The notes beneath the pieces are model-generated. The model was not told the origin of the DNA and did no database searches. It saw only the letters and a list, made by a program, of their open reading frames with translations. This document shows positions 51,070-59,952 of a DNA stretch of 64,000 nt, one piece after another; the stretch's first letter is position 1, and each line of letters opens with the position of its first letter. The position numbers and the translations under genes were made by a program. This stretch comes from Candidatus Hydrogenedentota bacterium (GTDB lineage: Bacteria > Hydrogenedentota > Hydrogenedentia > Hydrogenedentales > SLHB01). The DNA is taken from the NCBI GenBank assembly GCA_963674865.2, contig CAXXYE010000003.1, positions 160,001 to 224,000 of the forward strand, given 5' to 3'.

Positions 51070-53367
51070 TCAAGGCGCTCCGCTGGCCGGCAACAGCCCT
51101 CGCGCCGCACGCTCGGCGGGCAGCCAGCGCGATAAGAGATCACGGCAGTTCAGCACCTTTTCGGCGAGGTCGAGGGGGACATAGAAGTAATGGTTTGTCG
51201 CTTCGTAGCCGATACGCGCGTCCCTGCGCTGAATCGTGTACAGGCGCGAAGCCAGATTGCTCTCGCTTTCGAGGAGATCCTCAAGGCGAGCAATGGCGCG
51301 TTCGGCGTCCTTGGCGATGATGGCTTGGGCCAGGTCGCGCCGTGCCACTACGAAGTCTGCCTGATTCGCCACGCTCCGGAAATGAATCGCGCAGACGCGC
51401 GCCACGTCGAGTTCGCCGGCCAGCGCCCTGGCGAAGGCCTTTTCGAGGGACATCTCTCGGGCCGCCGATTCGAGCTTCTCGATAGCGGTGTCGAAGCCCT
51501 CCGCCACTTTCCGAAACTGCGCGATGAAGACCTCCGGGGGGAATACGGCGCGCCAGGCGTCCAGATCGTCGTAAGGGAAGCCAACCATGGAGGCCTTATG
51601 GCCGGTGGGTTCGGCCCAGAGAGGATTGGCGGGGCCCGTTTGCAGGGGTGCGGTGTAGACAAGTCCGCCGTGGTAGGGAAACTCGCTGAATGCTGTACTG
51701 AAGGCTTGCCATGCTTCCATGATGGCCGGCGCCATCGTCGGGCCGTAGCGCCGCTCGGCCACGGCACGCATTGCATCCTCGGGGGAGGGGGCATCGGGGC
51801 GGCCCGTCTCGGCCACTACTTCGAGGTTGGGGGCGGGATACCCGCCGAGACTCCAGCCGAGCATGATGCCGTCCACACCGGCGCTGCGCAGATTAGCGGC
51901 GTGCTTGGCCACGTTGGCCACCGCCGGGATATACGGAGCCGCGGACAACTCCCAGGTGTTGTTGGCCTGGATCTTAGCCACGGCGCGGAGTCCCCGTTCA
52001 CGGGCAAGGGCCCAGTGCCGAGTTGCGCGTGGGCCGGGGCCGATCACGGAGATCGAGTACTCGCCCACGACGCTCGATATGCCGCCGCGCTGAATGGGGA
52101 TGCTCCATTCACTCACGCTCACCAAGGACGCCTTGTCCGGTAGCTGCGCGATGATCTTCGGAGCGTCCTCGTCTTTCCAGCCCCAGTCCCATGCGAGCAA
52201 GCGTGCTTGGCTTCCCGAAGCATCGATGCCTTGTTGCACCAGGGCGTTGACTTCGCCGATGACTTCCGCCGCACCTCTGGCGCCGCAGCGCGGGCATTCG
52301 CCTCCGCGATGGTGCGACCAGCAATTGGTTAGATTTTCCGAAGCCGTGATGGTGAGGAATCCGGCCAGATCAGGCACGCCGCGGCACACGTGAGCCACGG
52401 CATTGCGGAGATAGTCTTGGATGGGCGCGGCGCTCGTACACAGGGCCGCGTGCTGCCCCTCTTCAACGCCTTTGAGGTCACTACGGGACTCGAAGAACTC
52501 AAGCGGCATGGCGCGGGGCTCGTTCAGGTAGAGGTAGACGCCGAGGCCGTGCTTGCGCGCTCGGGCCGTGAGCCTACGCAGGTTCTCGATCCGCTGCTCG
52601 TGCGCCTGACTCAAATTCATGTCCCAGGGGAAGGGGGCGAGCTTATACAGCACTGCATGAAGCCAGATGCCGTCTACGCCCGACGCGGCCAGCCTGGCCA
52701 GGTAGCCCTCGGGATAGCCCGCGGCCTCCAGGTCGAGCAGCGGGTCGCCATAGAGCGCGAAATAGGACGCGCAGAAGCGAGGCGAGAACCGGCCGGCTGG
52801 CGCTTCCTTCTCTTGTGCTCCGGGCGGCTCGGATAACCGATTCACGAAGCCGAACAGCGGATCCGTGCCTTCCCCAAGGCCCGCGGGAAACGCCTCGCGC
52901 GTCCAAGACGCGATCCGGGCCTCCTGCGCTCGCGCTACCTCGTCCGGTGGCGTGTACACGATGGGTTCGCAGCGGGGTTTGAGGTTGCCGAGTTTCACGA
53001 AGAGGAAGTCGTCTTCGCGCAGGGTGTAAGCCAGTCTCTCGGCGGACCAATCGAGGAGTGTCAGCAACTGCTCATACGGGAGAAGATGCCAGTTGCGGCG
53101 GATGATCGTGATGTACGACCGCCGCCAGCGCTCCTCCGAGATCGCGGGGGCCGCGGGCAAGCCCATCGCCTTGCCCATCTCGACGATTTGCGCCGGTGTC
53201 GCCCCCACCACAGCGGCCAGGCGCTCCGGCGGAACAAGCTCCCAATTGCGCCATACGTAGGCATGGAGCAGATCGGGAAAGTGCGCCACAGCCACCGGTG
53301 GCGGCGCGGAGCCAGCCGGCAACTCGACAGCGTGCAGCATGGCGCCCAGCAGAGCGAGCCAAGGCAT
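51070..53367 (-). CDS. Large hypothetical protein (possible carbohydrate-active TIM barrel)
   Basis: 765-aa ORF with AGGA RBS; YLYLNEP, SENLTNC, WDWGW and GIMLGWSLGG motifs. Confidence 0.65.
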   Translation of the reverse strand: MPWLALLGAMLHAVELPAGSAPPPVAVAHFPDLLHAYVWRNWELVPPERLAAVVGATPAQIVEMGKAMGLPAAPAISEERWRRSYITIIRRNWHLLPYEQLLTLLDWSAERLAYTLREDDFLFVKLGNLKPRCEPIVYTPPDEVARAQEARIASWTREAFPAGLGEGTDPLFGFVNRLSEPPGAQEKEAPAGRFSPRFCASYFALYGDPLLDLEAAGYPEGYLARLAASGVDGIWLHAVLYKLAPFPWDMNLSQAHEQRIENLRRLTARARKHGLGVYLYLNEPRAMPLEFFESRSDLKGVEEGQHAALCTSAAPIQDYLRNAVAHVCRGVPDLAGFLTITASENLTNCWSHHRGGECPRCGARGAAEVIGEVNALVQQGIDASGSQARLLAWDWGWKDEDAPKIIAQLPDKASLVSVSEWSIPIQRGGISSVVGEYSISVIGPGPRATRHWALARERGLRAVAKIQANNTWELSAAPYIPAVANVAKHAANLRSAGVDGIMLGWSLGGYPAPNLEVVAETGRPDAPSPEDAMRAVAERRYGPTMAPAIMEAWQAFSTAFSEFPYHGGLVYTAPLQTGPANPLWAEPTGHKASMVGFPYDDLDAWRAVFPPEVFIAQFRKVAEGFDTAIEKLESAAREMSLEKAFARALAGELDVARVCAIHFRSVANQADFVVARRDLAQAIIAKDAERAIARLEDLLESESNLASRLYTIQRRDARIGYEATNHYFYVPLDLAEKVLNCRDLLSRWLPAERAARGLLPASGAP

Positions 53368-53432
53368 AGTCTGAAGCCTTTCCTCTTTGATGTGCCGCGA
53401 GGAGACGCCACGCGGACGCCGTGACGAGACAC

Positions 53433-54509
53433 CTATTTACGCTTGCCGTAGATGTGTGGATTCTGGCGCTGGCATTCCTCGATGACGGCAATCTGTTGGC
53501 GTACTTGCTGAGGCGTGATCTCGAGCGGCGTGCCCTTCGTCAGAGTCTTGTAGAGCATGGAGTAGAACGCCCCCGACATGCTGTCAAAAAGGTCATGCTT
53601 CTTGCTCGGGACTTTCCAGGTTCGCTTGTGCCACTTCAGCGTGTCCTTGCAGTAGCTCGGCGTGCCGTCGGTTTGGGCGAGCGGCCGGCGAATTAGGCGT
53701 TGCTTCGGCGCTTCCTTCGGATCGTAGAACCGCCACTCGATGGCCGACTTATCGCTCTTCAGTCCGCCGCGGGTGCCGTAGACGTTGTACGTGAAGAAGC
53801 GGTAGCTGCAGCACGAAGAGATCTCGAGGTTGATGATGGGGCGTCCCTCGCCCGTCAGGGTGAGCAGGACATGGTCTTCCGCATCACCGTAGCTTGTCGC
53901 GTTGCGCATGACGCAGGCAACGTGGGGCATAACGTCCGTCCCGAAAAGTTGCAGGGCCTGATCGAGCGGGTGGGGCCCGGTATTGAGCAGGCTTCCTCCC
54001 ATCTCCGACGTGAGCGTCTGCCAGTCGTACCGGCGGCTGAATCCGCCGAAGGCGATGCACACCTGCACGATGTCCCCCAGCACGCCCGAGTCGATCACCT
54101 TGCGGACTTGGCGGAAATACGGCGCGAAGCGCGATTGCTGGAAAATGGCCAAGATGCGGCCCGAGCGCTCGGATGCCTGAATGAGCTTGTCCACATCGGC
54201 GGCTCGGGACGCCAGTGGCTTCTCACACAGAACGTTGAATCCCCCGCGGAGGAGTTCGAGGGAGATGGGCACGTGAAACTTGCTCGGTGAGGCGTTGACA
54301 ACGAGGTCCAGGTCGCTGCGTTTCAGTAAGGGTGCGTGCGTGCGATAGGTTTCGGCGCCGGACTCGCGCTCGGCGCGCTCCCTCCGCTCCTTGATGGGAT
54401 CCACCACGGCCACAATCTGATACCGCCTCGTGTCTTGGAGCAGGTAGTTCATGTGGATGTCGCGTCCGCTGCGGCCCTGTCCGATGATGGCAACGCGTAT
54501 CTTCCTCAT
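53433..54509 (-). CDS. Gfo/Idh/MocA family oxidoreductase
   Basis: IIGQGRSG, CEKP, GGSLLNTGPHPLD. Confidence 0.92.
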   Translation of the reverse strand: MRKIRVAIIGQGRSGRDIHMNYLLQDTRRYQIVAVVDPIKERRERAERESGAETYRTHAPLLKRSDLDLVVNASPSKFHVPISLELLRGGFNVLCEKPLASRAADVDKLIQASERSGRILAIFQQSRFAPYFRQVRKVIDSGVLGDIVQVCIAFGGFSRRYDWQTLTSEMGGSLLNTGPHPLDQALQLFGTDVMPHVACVMRNATSYGDAEDHVLLTLTGEGRPIINLEISSCCSYRFFTYNVYGTRGGLKSDKSAIEWRFYDPKEAPKQRLIRRPLAQTDGTPSYCKDTLKWHKRTWKVPSKKHDLFDSMSGAFYSMLYKTLTKGTPLEITPQQVRQQIAVIEECQRQNPHIYGKRK

Positions 54510-54672
54510 TGGAGCATTCTCCCTCCCCTGTCTACGGGATTTCGGTGCACTAGGCAGATGATCGACCGCTCGGCCGTGTATACGTGGGGGCGATTATAGA
54601 GGCGGACGGATTGATCTTCCACACGACGCCGAACTCTGTGGAGGCCGGATGTCGGAGCCGTGGCCCGACGCG

Positions 54673-56382
54673 TCAATCAATCTCGGTTTGTGCGATGAGC
54701 GCACCGTAGTAGGCCATATTCTCCTGGCGAAGTTCCACGTGGCGATGACATACATCGCACTGGAAACGGTTGCCGATTTCTGCCTCTTCCGGAATGCGGA
54801 TGTGCGTGCTGCAAAACGGACAGGCGACGCTCTTCTCATCCGAGGCGAGGAAATCTTGCATGACGCGCTGGATTTTCCCGTCGCGATAGCACCGGACGAA
54901 CGCGTCCACGCATTGCGGATCGAATTGCCCCCCCTTGCACTTCTCAAGTTCCTCGATAGCCACTTCGGGGTCGAGCCCCTTTCGGTAGGGGCGGTTACTT
55001 GTCATGGCGTCAAAGGTATCGGCCACCGCGATGACGCGCCCCTCAAGGGGGATGTCCTCTCCCGCCAGTCCATGAGGATAGCCTTTGCCGTCATAGCGCT
55101 CGTGGTGGGCGAGGCAGAAAGGGATCACCGGCTTGAGCATGGCGATATCTTCCATGAGCCGGGCGCCACGCTCGGGATGGACGCGCATCTTGGCGAATTC
55201 GTCGTCGTCGAGCCTGCCGGGTTTGCGCAAGATGGCGTCGTCCACGGCGAGCTTCCCTACATCGTGGAGTACGCCGCCCATCTCACAACGCCGGATACCC
55301 TCCTCATCGAAGCCGAGTTCCCTGGCCATTTCCATGGCGAAACGTGTTACGCGCCAGGTGTGGCCCACGGTGTAATGATCCCGGAGCTCGACCGCGTTGG
55401 CCAAGGCGATCAGCGTGTCGTGGTAGGCCTGCTCCAGCTTGCGCACGTATTGGGCGTTGCGGATGGCCGTGGCCGCCGCCCCCGAGAACGCGACGAGGAG
55501 TTCCAGGTCGCGTGTCGTGAAGGCGTTGGCCGCGCCGCGAGTATCCACGTACAAGACGCCGAGCGTCTCCTCCTGATGCGCCAGGGGAGCACACATTGCC
55601 GAGGAGATGTTCTGCGCCAGTATGCTGGCTCCTGCCGCGAAGCGTGGATCTTCCGTGGCGTTATACGTGAGCACGGCTTCGCCTTGCTTGAAGGCGCGGT
55701 CTGCGATAGTCGTGCTGACGACCACCCGGCCTTCGCCCGTGGCGGAGCGCACGTAAGCCGGCTCGAGTGCGGCGGATTTCTCGTTCTTGAGCAGAATCAC
55801 GCCTGTTTGCGCGGGAACCAGTGAGAGCAGCTCGTCCATGATGCAGGCGAATAGCTTCTTGAGGTCGGGTTCGCTCGCGATGATCGCGTTGGCCTTGTAT
55901 ACGGCCTGTAGACGGCGCTGCGCATCCTGCAACTGCTCGGCGGATACGGCGGCGCCGGGGGCGGCGAAGAATGTTTGATAGAGGTCTTCAGCGCGGGCCG
56001 TTTCGATGGGCCCCGATACCTCGGCGTCCTCAAGCCGGACAGCCTGAGGCCCTTGAGGCCGTGGGGGGGAGGCCTCTGCAGGGGCCGCTACGCGTTGGTA
56101 CCGCAGTTCGACCTGGCCCACGCGAATGACGTCTTCCGGTGCGAGGCGATACTCTAGCACGCGTTTCTCGCCCACAAATGTGCCGTTCCCGCTGCTCAAA
56201 TCCCGCAGAATGGCGCCTTCGGGCCTTCGCTCGATCACGGCGTGCTTGCGTGACACCTCCGGATCGTCGAGTTGAAGGTCGTTTTCCGGGCTGCGGCCAA
56301 TACTGATACGCGTTTCGAGGGACAGTTCGCGCCCCTCAAGAGGCCCCGTCAGCACTATGATTCGCTCAAGCTCCATGCGCAT
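54673..56382 (-). CDS. FHA-GAF-HD-GYP cyclic dinucleotide phosphodiesterase with C-terminal zinc ribbon
   Basis: FHA: IGRS, VSRKHA, SGNGT. GAF: SAMCAPL..LGVLYVD. HD-GYP: HTWRV, LHDVGK, HHERYDGKGYP, RPYR. C-terminus: CPFC..CDVC. Confidence 0.92.
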   Translation of the reverse strand: MRMELERIIVLTGPLEGRELSLETRISIGRSPENDLQLDDPEVSRKHAVIERRPEGAILRDLSSGNGTFVGEKRVLEYRLAPEDVIRVGQVELRYQRVAAPAEASPPRPQGPQAVRLEDAEVSGPIETARAEDLYQTFFAAPGAAVSAEQLQDAQRRLQAVYKANAIIASEPDLKKLFACIMDELLSLVPAQTGVILLKNEKSAALEPAYVRSATGEGRVVVSTTIADRAFKQGEAVLTYNATEDPRFAAGASILAQNISSAMCAPLAHQEETLGVLYVDTRGAANAFTTRDLELLVAFSGAAATAIRNAQYVRKLEQAYHDTLIALANAVELRDHYTVGHTWRVTRFAMEMARELGFDEEGIRRCEMGGVLHDVGKLAVDDAILRKPGRLDDDEFAKMRVHPERGARLMEDIAMLKPVIPFCLAHHERYDGKGYPHGLAGEDIPLEGRVIAVADTFDAMTSNRPYRKGLDPEVAIEELEKCKGGQFDPQCVDAFVRCYRDGKIQRVMQDFLASDEKSVACPFCSTHIRIPEEAEIGNRFQCDVCHRHVELRQENMAYYGALIAQTEID

Positions 56383-56666
56383 TGCCCCATTGCGCGTAGA
56401 ATCCGTGCGCAGTCGTCGGACTCTGTACGCCTGCCCCCTTTATATCATGGCGGCAGAGAACTTGCCAGTGAATACGGCGGTACAGAGGTTCAAGAACAGC
56501 GTTTCCCGGTCTTCTAGCTTCGTCGTCGCTCTTCTTGCCTCCACAAGCGCCGGGGGGGGGCACGTTGCCGGAAGGATTCGCACCATCCTGCGGCCCTCAT
56601 TGCGCTGCGGATACTATATATTGTTGTTTTTTGGATGCGGTAGCCCTATATCTAGCCCATAATTGC

Positions 56667-56695
56667 TTGACAGGTCCACACCGATTCTATAGAAT
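56667..56695 (+). promoter_or_regulatory. Sigma-70 promoter for the polysaccharide export operon
   Basis: TTGACA-N17-TAGAAT, near-perfect consensus. Confidence 0.75.
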
Positions 56696-56962
56696 ATACG
56701 CGGAAGTTCTGGAGAATGAAGCCCTTAGCCCGGCCACGGCTTCCTGCTCGAAACGGGCGAGCGGAGACGCGTGCCAAGTGTTGAGATGTGTCTAGGTTTG
56801 TGACGGGTCCGCGGCGAAGGGCCGGCGGGCAATGCGCCCAGCCGTAGTGAGAGAGGAATTCCCTGGCTCACGCGCCGTAAAGGCAGCATCCTGGGCGCCC
56901 CTTCCGGTGGACGCGGGCGGCGCTTGCTGCTGTAGCCATGGCGAAGGGAAACAGGCGAGCAC

Positions 56963-57991
56963 ATGAGTGACAGTGAGTCCCAGTCGGTCCTGGCTTTCTT
57001 TGGATTGCGAGAGCAGCCGTTTGCTCCGACGGCCGACCCTGCCTATTTCTATGCAGCACGGGAACACAAGGAATGCCTTTTCCGGCTTTGGCACAGCGTT
57101 GACGAGCGCCACGGGATCGCCGTTATCCTGGGGAACTACGGGACGGGCAAGACAACGCTTCTCCGTAAGCTTCTTTCGGGCATGAGCGTGCAGCCCGAGC
57201 GGTATCGTACCGCCGTCATCGGCTCGCCTATTCCGTCGTGGACCAGCTTCGCGCTTCTCGAGGCGATCATCACGCAATTCGGGCTTCGGCCTGAGAAGCG
57301 GTCGTTCGTAGCCTACATGGAGGCGCTTAACCAGGACCTGCTCCGCCATCGCGGCCAGATCAACACGCTTATCATCGACGACGCCCAGAATCTCAATAAA
57401 CGCGGTCAGTTAGAACTCCTCCGGCTTGCCCAGAACCTTGAGACACAACAGCACAAGTTGCTTAACCTTGTCCTGCTGGCTCAAATGGAATGGGCCGCCG
57501 TGCTTAGGGCGCGGCCCAATTTCGAGCAGCGCATCAACATGACTTTCGTGCTGTCGCCGCTCAGTCTCGAAGATACGCGCAACCTGATCGAGTTCCGGCT
57601 CAATATGGCCGCGTCCGCGCCCGAGAAGCGGCCTGCTTTCGACGATGCGGCCATCCGCATGATCTACAGCTATGCGGAGGGCAGTCCCCGCGTCACCGTC
57701 ACCATGTGCCGCAATGCACTCCTGGTCGCGGCGCAGGTCAAGACCCGTCGTATCGGCCAAGATGTTGTCTTGCACACGGTTGACAAGACGACCTTGCCCG
57801 ATCCTGAGAAACGTTCGCGCCTTGTGGCGCTGGCGATGCAGACAACCGACGTGCAGGTTCGAAGCGCTCCGCCGAAGCGCCCCGAGACACCGCCGCCGAG
57901 TCCGACGGAGCGCCTGGGCCAAGGTCCCCGGGAACAGCGAGCGGTCGAGCTGTTGCTGAGGGCTGCCAAGTCCAGGGAGAAGCACGGCTAG
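56963..57991 (+). CDS. ExeA/GspA-family AAA ATPase (no TM or peptidoglycan-binding domain)
   Basis: FFGLREQPF..DP.YFY; Walker A GNYGTGKT; Walker B LIIDDAQNL; QRI; GSPR. Confidence 0.9.
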   Translation: MSDSESQSVLAFFGLREQPFAPTADPAYFYAAREHKECLFRLWHSVDERHGIAVILGNYGTGKTTLLRKLLSGMSVQPERYRTAVIGSPIPSWTSFALLEAIITQFGLRPEKRSFVAYMEALNQDLLRHRGQINTLIIDDAQNLNKRGQLELLRLAQNLETQQHKLLNLVLLAQMEWAAVLRARPNFEQRINMTFVLSPLSLEDTRNLIEFRLNMAASAPEKRPAFDDAAIRMIYSYAEGSPRVTVTMCRNALLVAAQVKTRRIGQDVVLHTVDKTTLPDPEKRSRLVALAMQTTDVQVRSAPPKRPETPPPSPTERLGQGPREQRAVELLLRAAKSREKHG

Positions 57992-57998
57992 GCTATCG

Positions 57999-59894
57999 AT
58001 GGCCACCAGCGAAGACTACAACGACGAGCTTCCGGAGCGGCCCCGCGAGGTCAAGCAGGAGCTTGACGCAATGGACCGGACGCTCGCCGACCAGATCGAC
58101 GAGGACGAACGTGTACAGAGCGGGATCCCGTCCGAACAGCGGGGCTCCGACCTCGATTTTATTCAGATGACGGGCCTGACACGCCCTGCCTCCCTCGCTG
58201 AACCTGCGCCCACGCCTGTCCAGCAATTCGACAATTCCCTGGATCCGGATGATCCAGTGAGTTTCTACGAGGAGGGCGTGGCCGACGTCGATGCGTCGAT
58301 GGAGCCTCCGTCACTCGATCATGCGTCGGGGAGCGAGGACGAGGAAGTAGTGGTCGGCAAGCGCGAGGATCGCTCGCCCATTGCGGGGCTCAAGGAGATC
58401 ATCGCCGATCTGACGCGTGAGGAGACGGCCGACGAGCCGGAGCCGCCCGTGGCGGAATATGGCGAGGTGGACACGCGTGCTCCGCTGAGTACGCTCTTGC
58501 CGCCCGAGGAAGACACGACGATCGAAGCATCGTCTTCGGGGCCTGAGGAAGAAGAGCCAACGGCCGACGATGTACCGGAAAAGGTTGGTGATACGAAACC
58601 GCCCGCTGAGATTGGATCGCAATGTCCGGCTCCCGATGACGAAATCGTGCCCGTTCCCGTTGCTCCGGAAGAAGCGGGCGAAGAACCGGAGGAGGTCGTC
58701 GAAGCCGCACCGCCCGAAGCGCAGAGACTTAGCCAGGTTGAGGGCGCTCCATCCGTAGCAGGCGCTGAAGAAGCTTGTCTGCCCTCCCTCAAGACCTCCG
58801 AGGCCGATGACGTTCCCATGCAACAGCCGGGGGAGGCGCGCGATGAGGAGGTGAAGCAGGCGGCGGTTGAACGGGACAGTTCGGTGTATCGCCGGCCGCA
58901 GACGAGGGCTCAACGACGCCGCTCGAAGCGGCAGGGCCGGCGCCGACGCAAGCTCATCCGCTGGGGTGTACGCTTAGTGGTTCTTATCGCAGTCGGCATC
59001 CTAGGTTACAGCGTGCTTGCGTGGAGTAGGGCGCAGCTGGCTTCTCCCGAATCTCAGTTCGCGGCCGCGGAACGGCTCGCCGATGAGGGTAGGTATCGCC
59101 AGGCGTCGGAAGCGTACCTTGATTTCGCCAACAGGTATCCCAGCCACCCTTTGACGCCGGATGCGGAGTTTGAGGCGGCTTTCTTGCTTCAACGGATTGA
59201 GGAGCCTTTGGGCAACGCCGGGCAAGCGGCCCGGGAGCGGGCGTTGGAGCTGTTCGGCCAGTTTGTCATGGCGCATCCTACGCACACCAAGGTGGCCCGA
59301 GCCGAGGGTTTGATGGGTATACTCAACTTCCAACTCCATCGCTATTGGGAGGCTATCGACGTTCTTCGCGATCCGGAACTCCAGTTGAGAGATGCAGGAA
59401 TCGCCTTGCCCGCGATGCGCACCCTCGCGCGTGCGTATGCGAGCCTGGGCGACTACGCTGCCGCCGAATCCGCCTATCTTCAGGCCGTGTCCATATCCGA
59501 GAACTACACGCCCGAGGTGGATTACCACGAGTTGGGGCGCATGTACCACAGGATGGCCGAGAAGGATGCCGTGTTGGCGACTCGTCGAGAGCATATGAAG
59601 AAGGCCATCCAGTATTGGGATCATGCCGTGCGCTCACCCGCGATTGATCCTATCGCAAAGAAGGAGATCCAGCGCCAGCGCGACGTGCTACAGAGCCAAC
59701 TGGAGGAAACATACACTGACGTGCCGGCCGCGGACGCCGCCGACCCGGTAGGAGATTCCCTGGATGAGGCCGTGGCGGCCGAGCCCGATCCTCGGGCTGA
59801 ACAGGCTTTCTTGAATGTGGGGGCGGAACAGGCCCGCGAAGCGGCTTTCGCGGCGCCGATGGAGGCAGAATCCCTTGTGCTTCCGGAGGAGTGA
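57999..59894 (+). CDS. Bitopic membrane protein: acidic disordered N-terminus, single TM, TPR domain (BamD/YbgF-like)
   Basis: About 300 aa E/P/D-rich; Arg cluster RRRSKRQGRRRRK before the TM; YLDFANRYPSHPLTPDAEF-type TPRs. Confidence 0.8.
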   Translation: MATSEDYNDELPERPREVKQELDAMDRTLADQIDEDERVQSGIPSEQRGSDLDFIQMTGLTRPASLAEPAPTPVQQFDNSLDPDDPVSFYEEGVADVDASMEPPSLDHASGSEDEEVVVGKREDRSPIAGLKEIIADLTREETADEPEPPVAEYGEVDTRAPLSTLLPPEEDTTIEASSSGPEEEEPTADDVPEKVGDTKPPAEIGSQCPAPDDEIVPVPVAPEEAGEEPEEVVEAAPPEAQRLSQVEGAPSVAGAEEACLPSLKTSEADDVPMQQPGEARDEEVKQAAVERDSSVYRRPQTRAQRRRSKRQGRRRRKLIRWGVRLVVLIAVGILGYSVLAWSRAQLASPESQFAAAERLADEGRYRQASEAYLDFANRYPSHPLTPDAEFEAAFLLQRIEEPLGNAGQAARERALELFGQFVMAHPTHTKVARAEGLMGILNFQLHRYWEAIDVLRDPELQLRDAGIALPAMRTLARAYASLGDYAAAESAYLQAVSISENYTPEVDYHELGRMYHRMAEKDAVLATRREHMKKAIQYWDHAVRSPAIDPIAKKEIQRQRDVLQSQLEETYTDVPAADAADPVGDSLDEAVAAEPDPRAEQAFLNVGAEQAREAAFAAPMEAESLVLPEE

Positions 59895-59952
59895 CGTGAG
59901 AGTAATTGCCGGGGCTCGATGCAGGGCAACGGATGCGTTGAGGAGAATGCTC

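Noticed and set aside
54649..55824. 391-aa plus-strand ORF
   Set aside because: Antisense shadow of the HD-GYP gene.
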